DNA of 64,000 bases, taken from NCBI GenBank assembly GCA_040954595.2, contig CM082590.2, positions 2,914,001-2,978,000 of the forward strand. Direction: 5' to 3'. Both the position numbers and the translations under genes were made by a program. Shown piece by piece: positions 14,654-28,146 of this stretch. The DNA comes from Balanoglossus misakiensis (Eukaryota; Animalia; Hemichordata). Position 1 is the stretch's first letter. Every line of letters begins with the position of its first letter. The notes under the pieces were generated by a model. It was given only the letters and a program-made list of their open reading frames with translations. It was not told the DNA's origin and searched no databases.

Positions 14654-14942
14654 ATGCATGCCACTGGCCCAATAAAGCATGATACCCCTTGCAGGGAATC
14701 GTGATGTAATTAGCATCCCTTTGAAGTCAATCACGGACTTTGTTTTTCCAATGATTGGTCAAAGGATACATATGTGTGATTAAGGATTGGTACCATTTTA
14801 AATTTAAATTAGCCTTGCCTTTACTATAACCTTACACACAATCGCCATTGTTCAGTTTATGTCAGTGACTTTAAGGGGGATGGTAGTTACATCACAATTC
14901 CCAGCAAGAGCTATCAGGCTTTATTGGGCCAGTGGCATGCAT
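14654..14942. mobile_element. MITE with ~30-bp terminal inverted repeats
   Basis: ATGCATGCCACTGGCCCAATAAAGCATGATA ... TATCAGGCTTTATTGGGCCAGTGGCATGCAT. Confidence 0.75.
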
Positions 14943-15681
14943 CACTCTTGATGTTAGTTTTGGAAGTGGAAAAAATATGGCTATATAGTGTAAAACATGA
15001 AATTTTCGCAACGGGAAATTTTCATAATATCAAATGTGGCAACTGTTATGCAACGATTAATTTTCGCATTCTCGAATTTCAATTCATCATTATTTCTGAA
15101 AAACATGTTTACGCGACTTTTTAGTTTCGTGTTTTTTTAGCACTTGCATGATTCGGGCGAATTTATCTCTCATGAAAATTTCCCATTTTACATACATCCT
15201 AAGTATCATTTTTTCACACCAGAAGACAATGCACAGTTGCTTTGTGTATGGCATACTTTGTATTACAATAGACACTGACAACTAGTTACATCCTCCCAGC
15301 ATACAAATATGGTTATATTGAAATAAGGCATTATGATGGAAACAATGTAAAGCTAATGCAAGAATTAGTACAGACCGAGTATATTATGTTACTACACTGG
15401 AATAACAATTTCGTGTTATTTGATCTGTTTAAATTTTTTTTTTTAAATCAAGGAACACTGAAGAATGAGTGGAGGTGATAGCTTTGGAATGGATATGTCT
15501 GTATACAGTAAATGAGAGTGATAAATATTCCAAATCCCCAATACTTGACTGTCTGGAAAAAACCTTGAGAATTTTCTGACATTTCTTTGGGCATCTGGGT
15601 TTCATTTAGTATATAGAAGTTACAACGGTAATGAAGGCATGAACAGTCTCCTGTTCATTATAGTCAGTTTCCTGTAAGAAT

Positions 15682-15930
15682 TTATTGATTCGGAATATCA
15701 AAAAGACTCATGTCAACAGCCAGCAGATTACTACATGATTGTTGCAGTGTTTGTTGCATGCTGGGTGCCAAGTCCATCTGAGGTACCTGTGGTCGCGGCC
15801 GTGGCTGTTGTCCTAGTTACAGCTGTTGTTGTTGTTGTTGTGATAACTGTTGCTGTTGTTGTTGTTGTTGCCATGTTTGTTGTTGTGGTGGTGGAATGGT
15901 TGCTTTTGTTCCGCTGGCTTGTTGCTGCTG
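15682..15930 (-). pseudogene. MED25: Putative terminal Q-rich exon of the MED25-like gene, with a premature stop
   Basis: Acceptor ...ACTGCAG| then QQQQASGTKATIPPPQQQTWQQQQQQQLSQQQQQL*LGQQPRPRPQVPQMDLAPSMQQ. In-frame TAA at 15817-15819, likely CAA>TAA. The assignment to MED25 is contextual. Confidence 0.55.
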
Positions 15931-17495
15931 CTGCAGTTAAATACAAACAAAACAGTTTTCTTTTAAAGTCACTTCACAGCAAATGGCAATGTATCAGGAG
16001 ACACTTCTTTTTAATTTTCTTTACATTTGTCAATCAGACTGAAATTTAGGGCGGCATATAGTTAGTTACTGTACAATGGGAAATTGATTTAGGCTGTGTC
16101 TAAAATTGATGGTTAGTTTCAAGACACCTGTTGACCTAATTAATTATGTACACTCCTAATTCTAGGCTAACCAATAGATCTAGAAGTTTAGATTTTGTAG
16201 GACATAGATCAGTTTAGGATCAAAACTTTTTGACAAAATTTTGGGTATCCACAGCAGATAATCCTTAGCATTCTGTAGGAACCCTGGGAATTGCTTGGGC
16301 CCAGTGAACACTGCTTGCAGCTTTAATTCACCATGTTCTCAGATGCAGACATTTTGAAGAGAATATGATTTAAATTCTAAGCAGACTTTTGTTAAAGTGT
16401 AATGTTCATCTAACACACATTTGCCAAAGCAGAGACTCTAGTTACAAAATTGTTATCTATGCCACAAGTGCTGTCTTAACAACAGACAAGGTGGCGGCAA
16501 CCATAGTCTGTGTCATAGATTAGGAAAAGACAGCAAATTGAGTGAAAAGAAGAGACAAAACTAAATTCTTCTTATCTGGCATGCAAGAAATATAGAAGGA
16601 AGCGAAGGCAGTCCACTATATGAATGCACGCACATAAAATTGTGCAGAATATTTGGATTGGACGTTATTTTGTACACACAAAATTAACGCATATGTGCAT
16701 AAGAGTAAGATGATTGTCGTCATTTAAAACTGTCTGTCAGAGGTTATCATCAGTGCTTCCACACTGGTACCATGGAAAAACTAGAGGAATTGAAAATAAG
16801 AATGAGACAAGATTTGTTGTATTTCTTTGTCGGTAATTTAGGTCTGCTTTCCTTCCAGCTTTTCCCCCCACACTAAAACTGAACAGGTTGGACCAGTCAC
16901 ACCTCCCTTAATCCTATTGGTCCCAATGTTTATTTCATCAATATATCTATGGCATGCTGACTTGGACAATAATTCTGACACAAAATTGATCATGAGTGTG
17001 AACTGATTGCATAAACATTTTTCGAAAGTACTTCCTGTAAAAAGGGAGGAGGCTCCACACACCAGACTATTTTTGTTTATGTACATGACTTACACATGCG
17101 GGGGTTGTCAACTTGATGAAATAGCCATTCTCTAGATTTCCTATTGTTATAAGAGTGTACATAAACATGAAAAGTAAAATCATGAATATTAATAGATGTG
17201 GTGCGTATGGCCGATTTGAGGCAAATCAGCCATACCCACCACGTCTAAATCTGTGTGGGGAAAAGTTGTCATGTTGGGCAAATAGTTCATTGAATTTATT
17301 CTGTGTGACTGTCAGGTCTTCAATACATTAAAATCATTTTGGGAATGGCACAGACCATGTTATTTGTACCATCAAGAAAGCTCCTTTTTGAGAAAACTGA
17401 TTTCATTTTTCCCCACATAACAATTCCCAGAAGTGCCACTGGTACCAGTCTTGGTTTTCAAAATATTCACTGTACACATTATTATGACAACTTAC

Positions 17496-17750
17496 TTGTA
17501 AGAGGTGTTTTAGTTGTTGATTTGTTGATTGTATATTGGATGGCTGTGCTTGCACTGCTTGTTGTTGTTGTTGTTGTTGTTGTTGTTGGGCTCTCTCTTG
17601 TTGTAACCTTTGTAATTGCTGTTGTTGTTGATGTTGTTGTCTTAGAGCTATGAGTTGACTTTGTCTGGCATGTTGATCTTGCTGTTGTTTCAATTCAAGT
17701 TCTTTTTTCTGTGCCATCTCTAGATTCTTCTGCAGTGCTTGAATATTCCT
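17496..17750 (-). pseudogene. MED25: Q-rich exon ending in an LxxLL motif (MED25-like C-terminal region)
   Basis: TTTCAG| ... |GTAAGT, 255 nt, phase 0-0. Translates RNIQALQKNLEMAQKKELELKQQQ...TNQQLKHLLQ, resembling MED25 NPQLRSLL. Confidence 0.6.
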
Positions 17751-18864
17751 CTGAAAGATCAAACAAAGAAAAGTGTAAACATTCAAACATTGTCATCTGT
17801 GTCAATCTACCTACATGTAACATGACTACAGGAGCTTCAGCCAAGCCAAGCTTTTCACTTGGGAGATTATTGAAATCAATTTAAAACTCAGCAACTCCAA
17901 CTTCGGGTTATTTTCTCAATACTTTTGTTTTGGCGGTCACCTTTCATTGAACAATGAATGGGCAAGTGCTCGCTCACTTCTTCACTGAATTTCACTGTTT
18001 GTTTATCTTATCATAAAAAAACTTGGGCATCGCAGTCCTTTGGACAAAAATATTCATGTGTGGTGATTTAAAATCAATGTTGCAAGAAGAAGAATTAATC
18101 ACAGGATTAACGGTTTCTGATTGAAAAATACTAAATGCTTAATATGCCATATGCCGTACACAGAGTGATCACATTAGTCAATAGGACAGCTGTTCCAAAG
18201 GACTAAAATGATGGCAACGTTTTAATATTATATTTATTTTACAAAACCTTGCATCTGAGCTTTACTTTAAAGTACTTCCATTTACTAGTAGTACAAGTGC
18301 ACATCAGTTAACATTGACAGCTAGGCATGACGTCATAGATGTAGGACTTCAAAATGGACATTCTGAACAGTGGGGGCGCTCTATCATGGTGGATTTTAAT
18401 GAACATGTGTATTTAATTTCATCACTCACATTTGTCCATGGAAACTGTATTTTAACATACGCTTATAGTTAAGGCATTTGCAGTATCTAGTCATATTACA
18501 GTAATACACCAGACATGTTCTTAACTCAACTAAATGTGTGTAAGTTCAATTTCTGACCTCACTCAGATTACCCAAGTCCATGTGACAAACTCTACTGCAA
18601 GTATACAGACTTGAACTCCGGAAAAACTAGTCACCTACAATACTTGAAATGGAGCCACATCCAAAACTTGACTTTGAGATCTTTTATCAAATCAGTTTTC
18701 CTTTTAGAATTAGAACTCCCATGCAATTTTTGTGACAGAGGAAATAAATAGATTCTCAGAAAAAAACAGTTTCCTCTTTAAAGATCCAACCTTACCATAG
18801 AAAATAAAAGGTTTAGACTGAACCATAGTGGTGAAAGGGTTAAGCCAGAGCATGTATCAAAATA

Positions 18865-19034
18865 CAGTAAAACCTGTCTCAACCGAACCCTGTCTAATCT
18901 GGAAACCTGTCTATTTCAAAGACATTGTTCAAACCTTTTGACATAGAACCACATGTTGAAAGAACCTCTTTAAATTGTACACCTGCAATCTGAACAATTT
19001 CTTCAGTCCCTTTGGTGTTAGACAGGTTTGACTG
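18865..19034. mobile_element. Tc1/pogo-type MITE (TA TSD)
   Basis: TA|CAGTAAAACCTGTC ... GACAGGTTTGACTG|TA. Confidence 0.75.
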
Positions 19035-19492
19035 TACTTGAAAGTGCAATTGAACAAAAATGCTAAAAAATATAATTGCAGAGAGTCAGTATTTTAGGCT
19101 GGGCATCATCTACATAGTTCCCAGAATCAATACTGTCACAGTAGTCCATTTCTCTATGTACCAAATTTTTATAAAACATTGCTATGCAGTCATGTTACCC
19201 TTCCAAGATGCAAACATGAGGCCAGTTGGTCACAAAGTAAAAACTTGATTGTCTTGTGTATCAACACTATAGTTGGGACTTATGTTCGACAGCCACATTT
19301 TATTGTAAGGTCAGTTTTACACGCAACTTGTATCATGTATACAACAAACTAGATGAGCTCGAGCAGTACTCTACTGACCGCCTTTTTCACATTGTCTGCA
19401 TTGAGATGACACTTTATTTTGGAAGGCTGCCCTCTTTATGAAAAATGTCATGATTGTGTTACACGTAAAAAAGACAGAAATCAACACAACAG

Positions 19493-19677
19493 CAGTCAAA
19501 CCTGCTCATTATGGCTAGTGAAGGGACTTTTCTAAACTGGCCTTTATAGATAAGTGGCCATTATACCTTGTAGAAAGTCAATTAATGTACATGTAAATTG
19601 CACAGGGACTAGAATAAAGTGGCCACTATATAGAGGTGGCTGCCTAATAGAGGTGGCCACTCAAACAGGTTTGACTG
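19493..19677. mobile_element. Tc1/pogo-type MITE
   Basis: CAGTCAAACCTG ... CAGGTTTGACTG|TA with internal GTGGCC..TATA repeats. Confidence 0.75.
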
Positions 19678-19818
19678 TATGTTGATTTGTGTCATGAATA
19701 GCCGACATTTACCAATGACTGATTGTACAATATATGATTTCAGTGTCACATATACATGTATAAGACACTAAGTACAAACCCATACATCTTACTTTCTCTC
19801 CAAATTGTAGATACTCAC

Positions 19819-19928
19819 CAACGCATGTATGTTGAATCCTGGTCTGCAACCACACTGGTAACTGGTTGGTGTGTTGTAACATACTCGTTGGCATGGTGAC
19901 CAACCAGCTTGATCGCACTCATTGTCAT
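19819..19928 (-). pseudogene. Calcium-binding EGF-like exon with a frameshifted end
   Basis: CTGCAG| (D)DNECDQAGWSPCQRVCYNTPTSYQCGCRPGFNIHAL |GTGAGT. The sixth Cys (TGC GTT G|gt) lies out of frame. Confidence 0.8.
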
Positions 19929-21782
19929 CTGCAGGGAAAACACAAATATCATAAAATGTATTAGAATGAATACATGTGAATTACAGTTGTCTTTGAGTGC
20001 ACATTTGAAAATATACGACAAGAGAGCAAAATTGTGTGAAACTTAATAAATATCATCTGGCATACAACTTGGTCATATCATATGTTTATCTGTACCAGTA
20101 CTGAATACTGATAAACAAACAATGTAGTAACCAAATAACATTTAACAAGGTAGTGTTTGAAAGCCAAAAATATCATGCATAAGACAACAAACTCATTGTT
20201 TTGGCTCCGAAGTGTAAACAGAGGAGTCTGTCAAGTTGGGTATGAGCTACTACTTCCGTCTGTCAAACTACTTCCGTCCGTCAAGAATTCATACCATTTT
20301 CTAGTAGGGGTGTGTAGCTTTATGTTTTTGGCGGTGGTGTGTAGCTTTGAGGTGTTGAGGAAGAATTGGAACAGTGACAGAAATCGGAACGGATTAGCCA
20401 GCAGTGTTTTCACTACCCGCGAGAAAACAGTTGTGTTTGGCGAGACGATTTTCATACAAATTGGTCAAACTTGTGAAGAACTGCTATCTAACATCGTCAT
20501 TTGTTTTGCCATGATCAACTTGCCACGATCAGTGCACTACAATGCGTGAAATTGGACCGCTGTTCTGTTCATTGATCATCACCCCCCCCCCTGTATCATG
20601 AACATTGTAAGGCAATACATTGAATTCAGCTCTTCCAGCTAGTGGCCGCACTCGCTTGATTTCCTGTGTGTGTCTCTGGGGACACAAATAATGCATATGC
20701 GTCTTTTTCTAATTTGCATATTTTGAATTGGTTAGGTGTGCCTTGACTTGAACGCGTCAAGCGTACAGGTTGTTATGGAAGTTTCTTTTTAGAACGACTA
20801 GTGTTAGTCTGTGGGCCCAACCAGCAAAAATAAGTTCTAGAAATGTCATTATGTTGTATAAGAGTTTTGTTCTACATGAAATTAGCTGGAAATGACAGGT
20901 GGGAAACTATTGATGTGAAATCAGGTCACTTCTACCGAAAATGATGGACCAGAGAGCAATGACTTTTTAAAATTATTTCATATACTATGTTCACAACTGC
21001 TATGCTCCCATAAACTGGGGAAACTAAATGATTGAACTTTCTGTTTGAACAATTCATGTATTTTTTTGCTAACACCTACACTACTATAGTCAGCACATGA
21101 CATTACCTATATACTTGAAAATGGAGAACTTTTTATCAAAACACTTAAGCTGATCTTGAATGCTGTCTGATATTTTTTTTCAAAATATATTTCTTTCACG
21201 TTTAGACTAGTGCTTCTACTTGCACTGTTTTTTTTTTCAAAACACATTTCTCATAGCTTGCACTGGTGCAATTTGATACGACAATACACAATGAATTCCA
21301 TCAGTATAACATAAGATACAAAATCTGAGAGGGAAATGACAGAATATATTTGTGTGAGGCCATTTGTGTGTGCGGGCCATTTTAAGACTAAATTTAAAAC
21401 AGTTATTAGAGCCATTGACAAGTGGTTTTTCCCTCTGCCAAGCACCCACCTTATCAAGCTTCATTCAATATTACATGAGCAAAACAGTTCAGCATTTCAC
21501 CTTGGTGTTTGCAAATTGTTCCTTTCACCCATATACCAAACCACTGTTCTCCAAACATGCTGCTCATCAGCCACTACACACTGAGAGAGCACCAGGTGTC
21601 CTTGACGCTATTTTTTTAAATTTCTAACTATGGAAAGTGCCTGATAACTTTTAATTATTTTCTGTTTTAACATGGTGACTGACTGTAAAGTCTGTCACTT
21701 ACAACTTCTGTAAGCGCCCTTTTGAAGCAGGAAATGCAAATCCATTGTTGACCTATCCCCTCCCCACTCAAAAAAAACTTAC

Positions 21783-21902
21783 CTAAACAATTGACATGCT
21801 CTGCACTCAGAGAGAAACCATCATCACCACAACTACAGCTGAATCCACCCTCTGCATTGAGAAAACCTCCAGCACAAACAGAATCTGAACACTCATTCAC
21901 AT
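21783..21902 (-). pseudogene. Calcium-binding EGF-like exon (phase 1-1, one Cys lost)
   Basis: TTTCAG| (D)VNECSDSVCAGGFLNAEGGFSCSCGDDGFSLSAEHVNCL |GTAAGT, 120 nt. Confidence 0.85.
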
Positions 21903-22214
21903 CTGAAAATAGAGAGAAAAAAACATCCGTTGTAATTATTCAAGTCAATACCAATCCTCCCTTCCTTTAAAAATTTCCATAAAGTGAACAAATTCACATG
22001 GCTTTGAAATTAGTATTAACAGTGATATTTATAATATTTCTAACAGGCCTGACTTTTCTAAACTTTGAGTTTCTTTGTGGATTTGTAGAAATGATCTACA
22101 AACTGAGCTGTCAGGTCATAACTGTTTGTGCTTTGGCATGTACACATATCCCAGTATGCCCTACATGGTTGGCAGTGAAATTGATAAAATCTTCACCTAA
22201 GATTTCAAACTCGT

Positions 22215-22630
22215 AGATCTTAATAGATTCTCACACTCCTGGCATGCTGAGAGTGTGGGATCAGAGTGTGAGAACAAATCAATCCCACACACTCACTGAA
22301 TCGAAAGCTGTATATGACGCGAGCGCCGATTGGATGACAAAGCGTTTTTTAATAATGTGCGCTAAATGTTATCCAATGACACGATAAAGAAACTACATGC
22401 CAGATGACAATTCAAGAGTCATTTATTCAATGTTTTAAGACGAATTTAGCTAATTTGTGCCCGTGTGAGAAATATAATCTCATACACAAAGGACCTAGGA
22501 TCATATTTCCCACACTCGTCAGGGATATTTTGTCCCACACTCGCCTGCGGCTTGTGTGGGACATAAAATCCCCAACTCATGTCAGAATTATGACCCCTAG
22601 TCCTTGGGAGTGTGAGATTCTATTAATCTC
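22215..22630. mobile_element. MITE-like element with ~25-bp imperfect inverted ends
   Basis: TTAATAGATTCTCACACTCC ... GGAGTGTGAGATTCTATTAA, with an internal hairpin GTCCCACAC...GTGTGGGAC. Confidence 0.6.
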
Positions 22631-23589
22631 ACAACCTTAGGACCTGGGATAAGATTTCTCAGATGAGTTGGTGATATTTTGGCTTGTGTTAGTCAACATA
22701 TACCTGATAAGTGTAAAAAATTGCGTCAAGGACACAGTGGTCCCATTCAGTCTACACGGAGTACATATACACAGTCAGATCGCACGGTGCTCATTTGCAT
22801 ATGAAAGTTCATCAAGCGAGCGACCGTTAACTTTCAAACAGACGGCAATAGGCCAGTTTTCAAGGTGATTTTCAACTTGATTTTTACGCTCTGTTGTGCA
22901 ATAAAATACCATGTTAGCTGGATAAATTACGAAAGTGATTCCCATTTTTCACTGCATACGTAAATTTTATGAAAATCTGTGGTAATAGTAAAAGTTTTTA
23001 ACGTGTTTTCGGTGGTATGTTGGTGACCCCGAAAGAGACGTCCACAAACGTGTCAAAAATCATTTGAAAACGACCTCAGAAAGTAACCAAACTTTCCTGA
23101 TAGAGAGGTCTAATATCGGTCCCAACATCCGTGAAAAGAAATTAATTTGAAATGCTTGCGTAACAGGAAGTGTTGCATTGATCGTGAAACGATAAGTTTA
23201 CCATGGGGAAACAGTCTTTGAAAGGCAATTCTTAAGTAAAACAGTTACTGGATAATGGATAACACCCTAAGGTAACATATTAGCCAAGTTTTAACTTAAT
23301 TACTGGCCTGATTTCGACACAACATCGATCAATCGCCTACAAATGTAGGTCCCATATGGACAGAATGCCAGGTTTACCATACATGACTACGTACGTGTGA
23401 GGAGCACAGCTGGTGTATTTTTTTTTCTCCGTATCATGGCCTGGGATATAAGTAGATGTTTCGAATATGCAAAATGCCAACTGTAACTTCGAAACCATTT
23501 CCCTTTATTCGCTGATGATATGTGCAATAAATATTTGTGTCTGAAGGCAAGCAATTTTGTTTTGACTTTTGTTGTCATCATTGCATTGG

Positions 23590-24430
23590 GCTGAACATGA
23601 CAGAGTTTGAGCTGATCAGCTGACTTCAAGTTTCGATTTGGAACATATAATTTGATCATATCAGACAGATATGATGGTCCAAGTCTATGAATGAATTCAA
23701 AAATAAGAAATAACATCTTGAAAACAATACGATCAGACACAGGTAACCAATGCAACTGAAATTGCATTGATGTAAAAGGTGATTTTGGAACTAGCAGCAA
23801 TATTTTGAACTTGAATACGACTGATCTCGTACTTAGGGAGCCCAAATAAAAGTGAATTACACAAATCTATTCGAAATGCAACAAAAGCAGGAACTTTATT
23901 GCTCTGTGGCGGCTTGAGATAAATATTTACAGACAAGTGCAATATGCTGCAAATGAAAAGCGACTGAATGGCAGATCTGTGCAATCATTGTCAGACAATG
24001 AACAGGTTTCAGAGCATCACATGAATTTCTGTAATCCCTCTGGCAGATAGATTACCCGAAGTAGCAGAAAAAATAACAAATTCAGTCTTATCGTTATTTA
24101 AACACAAGACATTTTCAGACATCCAGTACCGCATAAAGCATTCTGGGAGCATTCTCGTTGGTAAAAGACAATGAAGAGCCATCTGCATAAAAGCTATATA
24201 CAGGCATCCATGACTAGAAACTAATTTCCCTAATGGAGAAGTGTACATATTAAAAAGTAGAGGACAAAGAAGTGATCGTTGTGTTACCGCAGTGTCAAGC
24301 GGATAAAATGGTGATTGTTTGGAACACGGTTATAGTAACCATGTCTGAAATTAACACATACACACTGGGTGCGATTGAAAAGGTATGACTGAAACCACAA
24401 CAGGGCTGCAACCCCCAAAAGACCAAATCA
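23590..24430 (-). mobile_element. L2/CR1-clade LINE ORF2 fragment (degenerate RT and C-terminus)
   Basis: Frames give WFQSYLFNRTQCVCVN, LLCPLLFNMY, FYADG (YADD-like), WMSENVLCLNNDKTEFVIF and LHWLPVSDRIVFK...GPSYL. Confidence 0.85.
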
Positions 24431-24447
24431 ATTTCTTTGATGATTCA

Positions 24448-25885
24448 TTAAATGTCATCACAGTCACCATCATTGGAATCACAATCACCATTCTTTGAAT
24501 TATCAGTTTGTTTTTCTTCCGTCCAGTTATATTCATCAGTCAGTTCGTCAAAGTCAGAATCAGTCTCGTAAATATTTCCCTCTTCTTCTCTTAAAATGTC
24601 AAATTCATGTGACTCCTGTAAAATTGCATCAATGCTATTTTCCATATTATGATGTTCAGTATCAGTGATTGGTGATGGTGATTCTAATAGTGGTGACTTA
24701 TCTGTATATTTTGGGCATACCCCATACTTTTTCGATGTGGTACAGAATCCAGGATTCCCATTATGTGGATTACTGCAGTCATTACATCGACACGCAGGGC
24801 CACAACCATTGTGGGTCTTATAACATTTACAACATCTGCTATTACAAGTTGGCATCTTTTTGCAGCCACACCCTTTTGTTAGCAACTCCAAATTATTTTT
24901 CACTTTTTCCAAATTGGCATCACTGTCCTAAATAATATCAAGTTCGCCGTTGCTTAGTCTGTATCCATAATTATTGAATAAGGGAAACGTAACATGGCAC
25001 TGATCGGCCTGGGACCATAACTGAGAGACTCAGCATGATCTTTTCCAGTGCAGTTGTAGGGCTTCAAAGGAAGGGATACATTCTTCCTCATACTGGATAC
25101 GTGGGCAAATTGTTTCTCGTATATATGTAAGCCATTTGATGTGGTTATCTTTAAGACTGTTAGTGACACTGGCTACTTGTCGATAAAGTTCAAAAGGATG
25201 AGATGCATCAAATGCTTGGAAATGTTTCTTAACATAAACACTACCTTTTAAACGTATGAAAGCGAAAATTCCATTCCCTACACTGTCTACTGTTGTGTCT
25301 ATCAGTGTTCCAGGTATAAGGGTGCCACTAGTTATAAATTCAGAGTATTGAAAAAATGTCTTGTAGAAAGATTTCCTTCCGATGCCTGCAAAGTATAGTC
25401 ACAACCTGTGCATATGAACAGTGTTTGAAATATTTTGCCTAAATATTGGAGGGGAATATGTTGCAAATCAGGGTCTAAATTTAAATCTGATTTGAATTGA
25501 TTCATGTCTAAATAAGTGAGATTTGATAAATCATTATCAAGTTGTACAAATATCTCCTTTTGAACATGTTGATATAGTACTGGGAGGAGAACATGATAAG
25601 TATCGGTATCAGGGGAGTAAATAACACCTTTCTTGTAAGAGGACTGAACTGCATGAAGGATGCATCTACTGTCAGCTTCTTCATGACAACTTTTGGCTTC
25701 CCACTCAGACACAATTCCATTACTACCAACGAAAAGACTCTTGTCCCTATTTTCTCCATCAAAGCCACCTGCTGTAATGAGGACCTGATCACCTTGCAGA
25801 GCCGGCACAATTATTTTTAAAGATGTGGCTGACAAGAAGTTCACTAGTTTTCTCTTGTTTGGCTTACAATTGATGTATGTTTTGA
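24448..25885 (-). pseudogene. Academ transposase C-terminus: XPG/FEN-like nuclease fold plus Cys-rich CXC domain
   Basis: NKRKLVNFLS, CHEEADSRCILHA, YSPDTD, LFICTGCDY, then KGCGCKKMPTCNSRCCKCYKTHNGCGPACRCNDCSNP and an acidic tail. Several frameshifts. Confidence 0.85.
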
Positions 25886-26730
25886 GCTAATATTATTGAT
25901 TACCTATTTTTTATGCATTTTTTTGTATTTTTCCATGTTATTAGTAAAAAGTCTTCATTTCTGAAAGTGATGGGCTTACTTCTTTGAAATTTAGCATGAA
26001 GCTTCCTAATGGTTGTCTGAGTAACCATAGTTTTGTTCAAATTGTTGCAAAATTTGCATATTTATAATTTTGAGCAATATTTGCCATTTTTGGTCAATTT
26101 ATTTTTCTTTAAAACCGCATGCCAGATTGCTTTGCAATTTGGTAGGCATGTTCGTAGGTGTAAGTCAAGTAATATGTTGTAAAAAATGTGATATTTTCAT
26201 AAATGTGTTATCGGGGAAACTTTTGCAATTTTTGTCAAAAATTGTTTTCCTGAAACTGTTTGTCATATTGCATAGAACTTTGGCAGCATGTTCCTTGTAG
26301 TGATTGAGGTAAGGTATTGTACAATTTTGTGTTTTTGCCACTTTTGAACAAATATCTTTTGTGAAACTGCTTGTTGATTGCTTTGAAATTAGTTTTTTCT
26401 CTGATTGCTTTGAAATTTGGGATATAATTTCATAACACATACATGTATATGTGCAACTTTTATTCAATTCTGATATCAGAAATATTCAATATTTAGCGAG
26501 TTTTTATGAAAGTTTCTTTGTTTTTGGTTAGCAAATCTTCTCCTTAACCAATTATCCAGTTGTTTTGAAAGTTACTGTTTACAAGGAGTCGTTACCCCCA
26601 ACTTAGACATGTTTACATAACTTCAATAAGCCAGCTGTCAGAGAGACCATGGGCTATTAAATTTTTAATTACCAGTGGCAGGTCAGTGTGTGTGTGTGTG
26701 TGTGTGTGTGTGTCTGTCTGTCTGTCTGTT
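25886..26730 (-). mobile_element. Helentron/CvA-like repeat inserted in the transposase, accompanied by loss of coding sequence
   Basis: Same degenerate core as the 8.5-12.6 kb repeats, on the opposite strand, with a (TG)n(TCTG)n microsatellite at ~26687-26730. Confidence 0.5.
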
Positions 26731-26864
26731 CCAGGGCTGACTGAAAGAAGTTGCTTCTCATATGTGTTTGTACAGACAATTTTTGGTCAATTTTTGGGCA
26801 TGTTCCTTGTTAATGTTTTTACATTCCATATTTCTATATCGTAAGATCATATCTGCTTGCAATG

Positions 26865-27531
26865 TCACCTGTAATTTTTATTCTGGTGTGTCACTGTTTC
26901 TACATAATCCTCAAATGGGACCACAGTGTCCTTGACGCTATTTTTCGCTGTGTCATCTGAAAATATATTAGTTAGCTCCCTGGCGGTATTAAGTGGTGAA
27001 AATACATCAGCACCTTCAAGACAATTGATATACAACCTGCAGTTTGACTCATTTATTTTATGTACGCTAACTGAATTATGGGTTTCATTTTGGAAAGGAA
27101 ATAACTGATCTTTTAGATTCTTGGCAGCCATAGCTCTATAGGGTAAATAAATTGCTATTCTCTCCATTAACCCACCTGTAGAAGTATGCAATGCAGCTTT
27201 AACATCTTTATTGACACACATTTCATGGGCTTCATCTAGTGCTACATTAACCCAAGTTGAGCCTGACAAATTGCAAACAAAACCACCTGCTTTGAAATGT
27301 AACAACAGAGAGTTTGGCATCTTCAGAAGGTCAGCGAGATGTCTGGGAATTAACCTCAAGTACAGGGATCGGTCATATGCATGGAACAGTGGGTTCATTT
27401 GTTTCAAAGCCAATATTCGAAGGTTCCAATTTCCTGACCTTATTGCAATGTACAAAGACATGTATGCAAACAAATCTTCCTCTATAAATCTAACCCAAAA
27501 TTTGAAAGTTTTGTCTGTATTTGCCCTTCTG
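26865..27531 (-). pseudogene. Academ transposase core, region with the third catalytic residue
   Basis: FWVRFIEEDLFAYMSLYIAIRSGNWNLRILALKQMNPLFHAYDRSLYLRLIP ... VALDEAHEMCVNKDVK. Confidence 0.85.
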
Positions 27532-28146
27532 CACAGTACGTGAAATATCCCATGATTCATTCTGATTTGTACAATCATTTACTCAGTCAAACCAGGCAAA
27601 GTTAACATGTGTAGAGAGAATTGTACACCACTAATATAAATTTTGAGATCTTACTTTTAAGGTGAATCTTATTGTCAATTACCATTTCAAATGATTTAGA
27701 AAATTATGCATTATTGAGAGAGGAGATACGAATTTTATAAAATAATCAAGCAATTGCATAGCCAGCCATACAAAAAAGTTTGGAGTAAAACAGGGTCACT
27801 TGTAAAACCTGTTTAATCAAACAAAAAGATATTGATTTTTTCTATTGACAGAACAATGGAAATTTACATGTTAACTTTCAACAGAGACTGGCCACCTCAG
27901 TTAGTCATTGCTTGTTTCCCCTAAAGTGTGACATTTGCAGTACATTGATACTTTGATTTCTATGGCTTTTAAATTTTGATTTTGAAATTTACATTCTAAT
28001 TCCTCAACGTACTTTTCCTAGATAAAAATAAATAGATTTATATGTACTTCATATCATTGTTAGTATCTAAAACAGAAAAAGTTATTAAATGGGCAACCTT
28101 CGATGATACAAATAACGGAGACTTGTGGGTAAAATATCGTACTATG
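27532..28146. mobile_element. Non-autonomous Transib/RAG-like element, 615 bp, 5-bp TSD TTCTG
   Basis: TTCTG|CACAGTACG ... CGTACTATG|TTCTG. Precise removal restores the transposase frame ...FCDRRANTDKTFKFW. Confidence 0.7.

Noticed and set aside
15735-17653. Poly-Val 'membrane protein' ORFs on the plus strand (15735..16049, 17339..17653) and the poly-Thr ORF 15731..15946
   Set aside because: These are antisense or off-frame readings of CAA/CAG poly-Gln exons whose splice sites are on the minus strand.
20157-20549. 130-aa ORF that might be a Zn-finger N-terminus of a transposase
   Set aside because: The Cys pattern is incomplete and no downstream transposase motifs follow.
24448-24912. Host tesmin/LIN54 or metallothionein gene
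   Set aside because: The CXC motif is collinear with, and directly downstream of, XPG-like transposase fragments. It has no introns and fits the Academ C-terminus.
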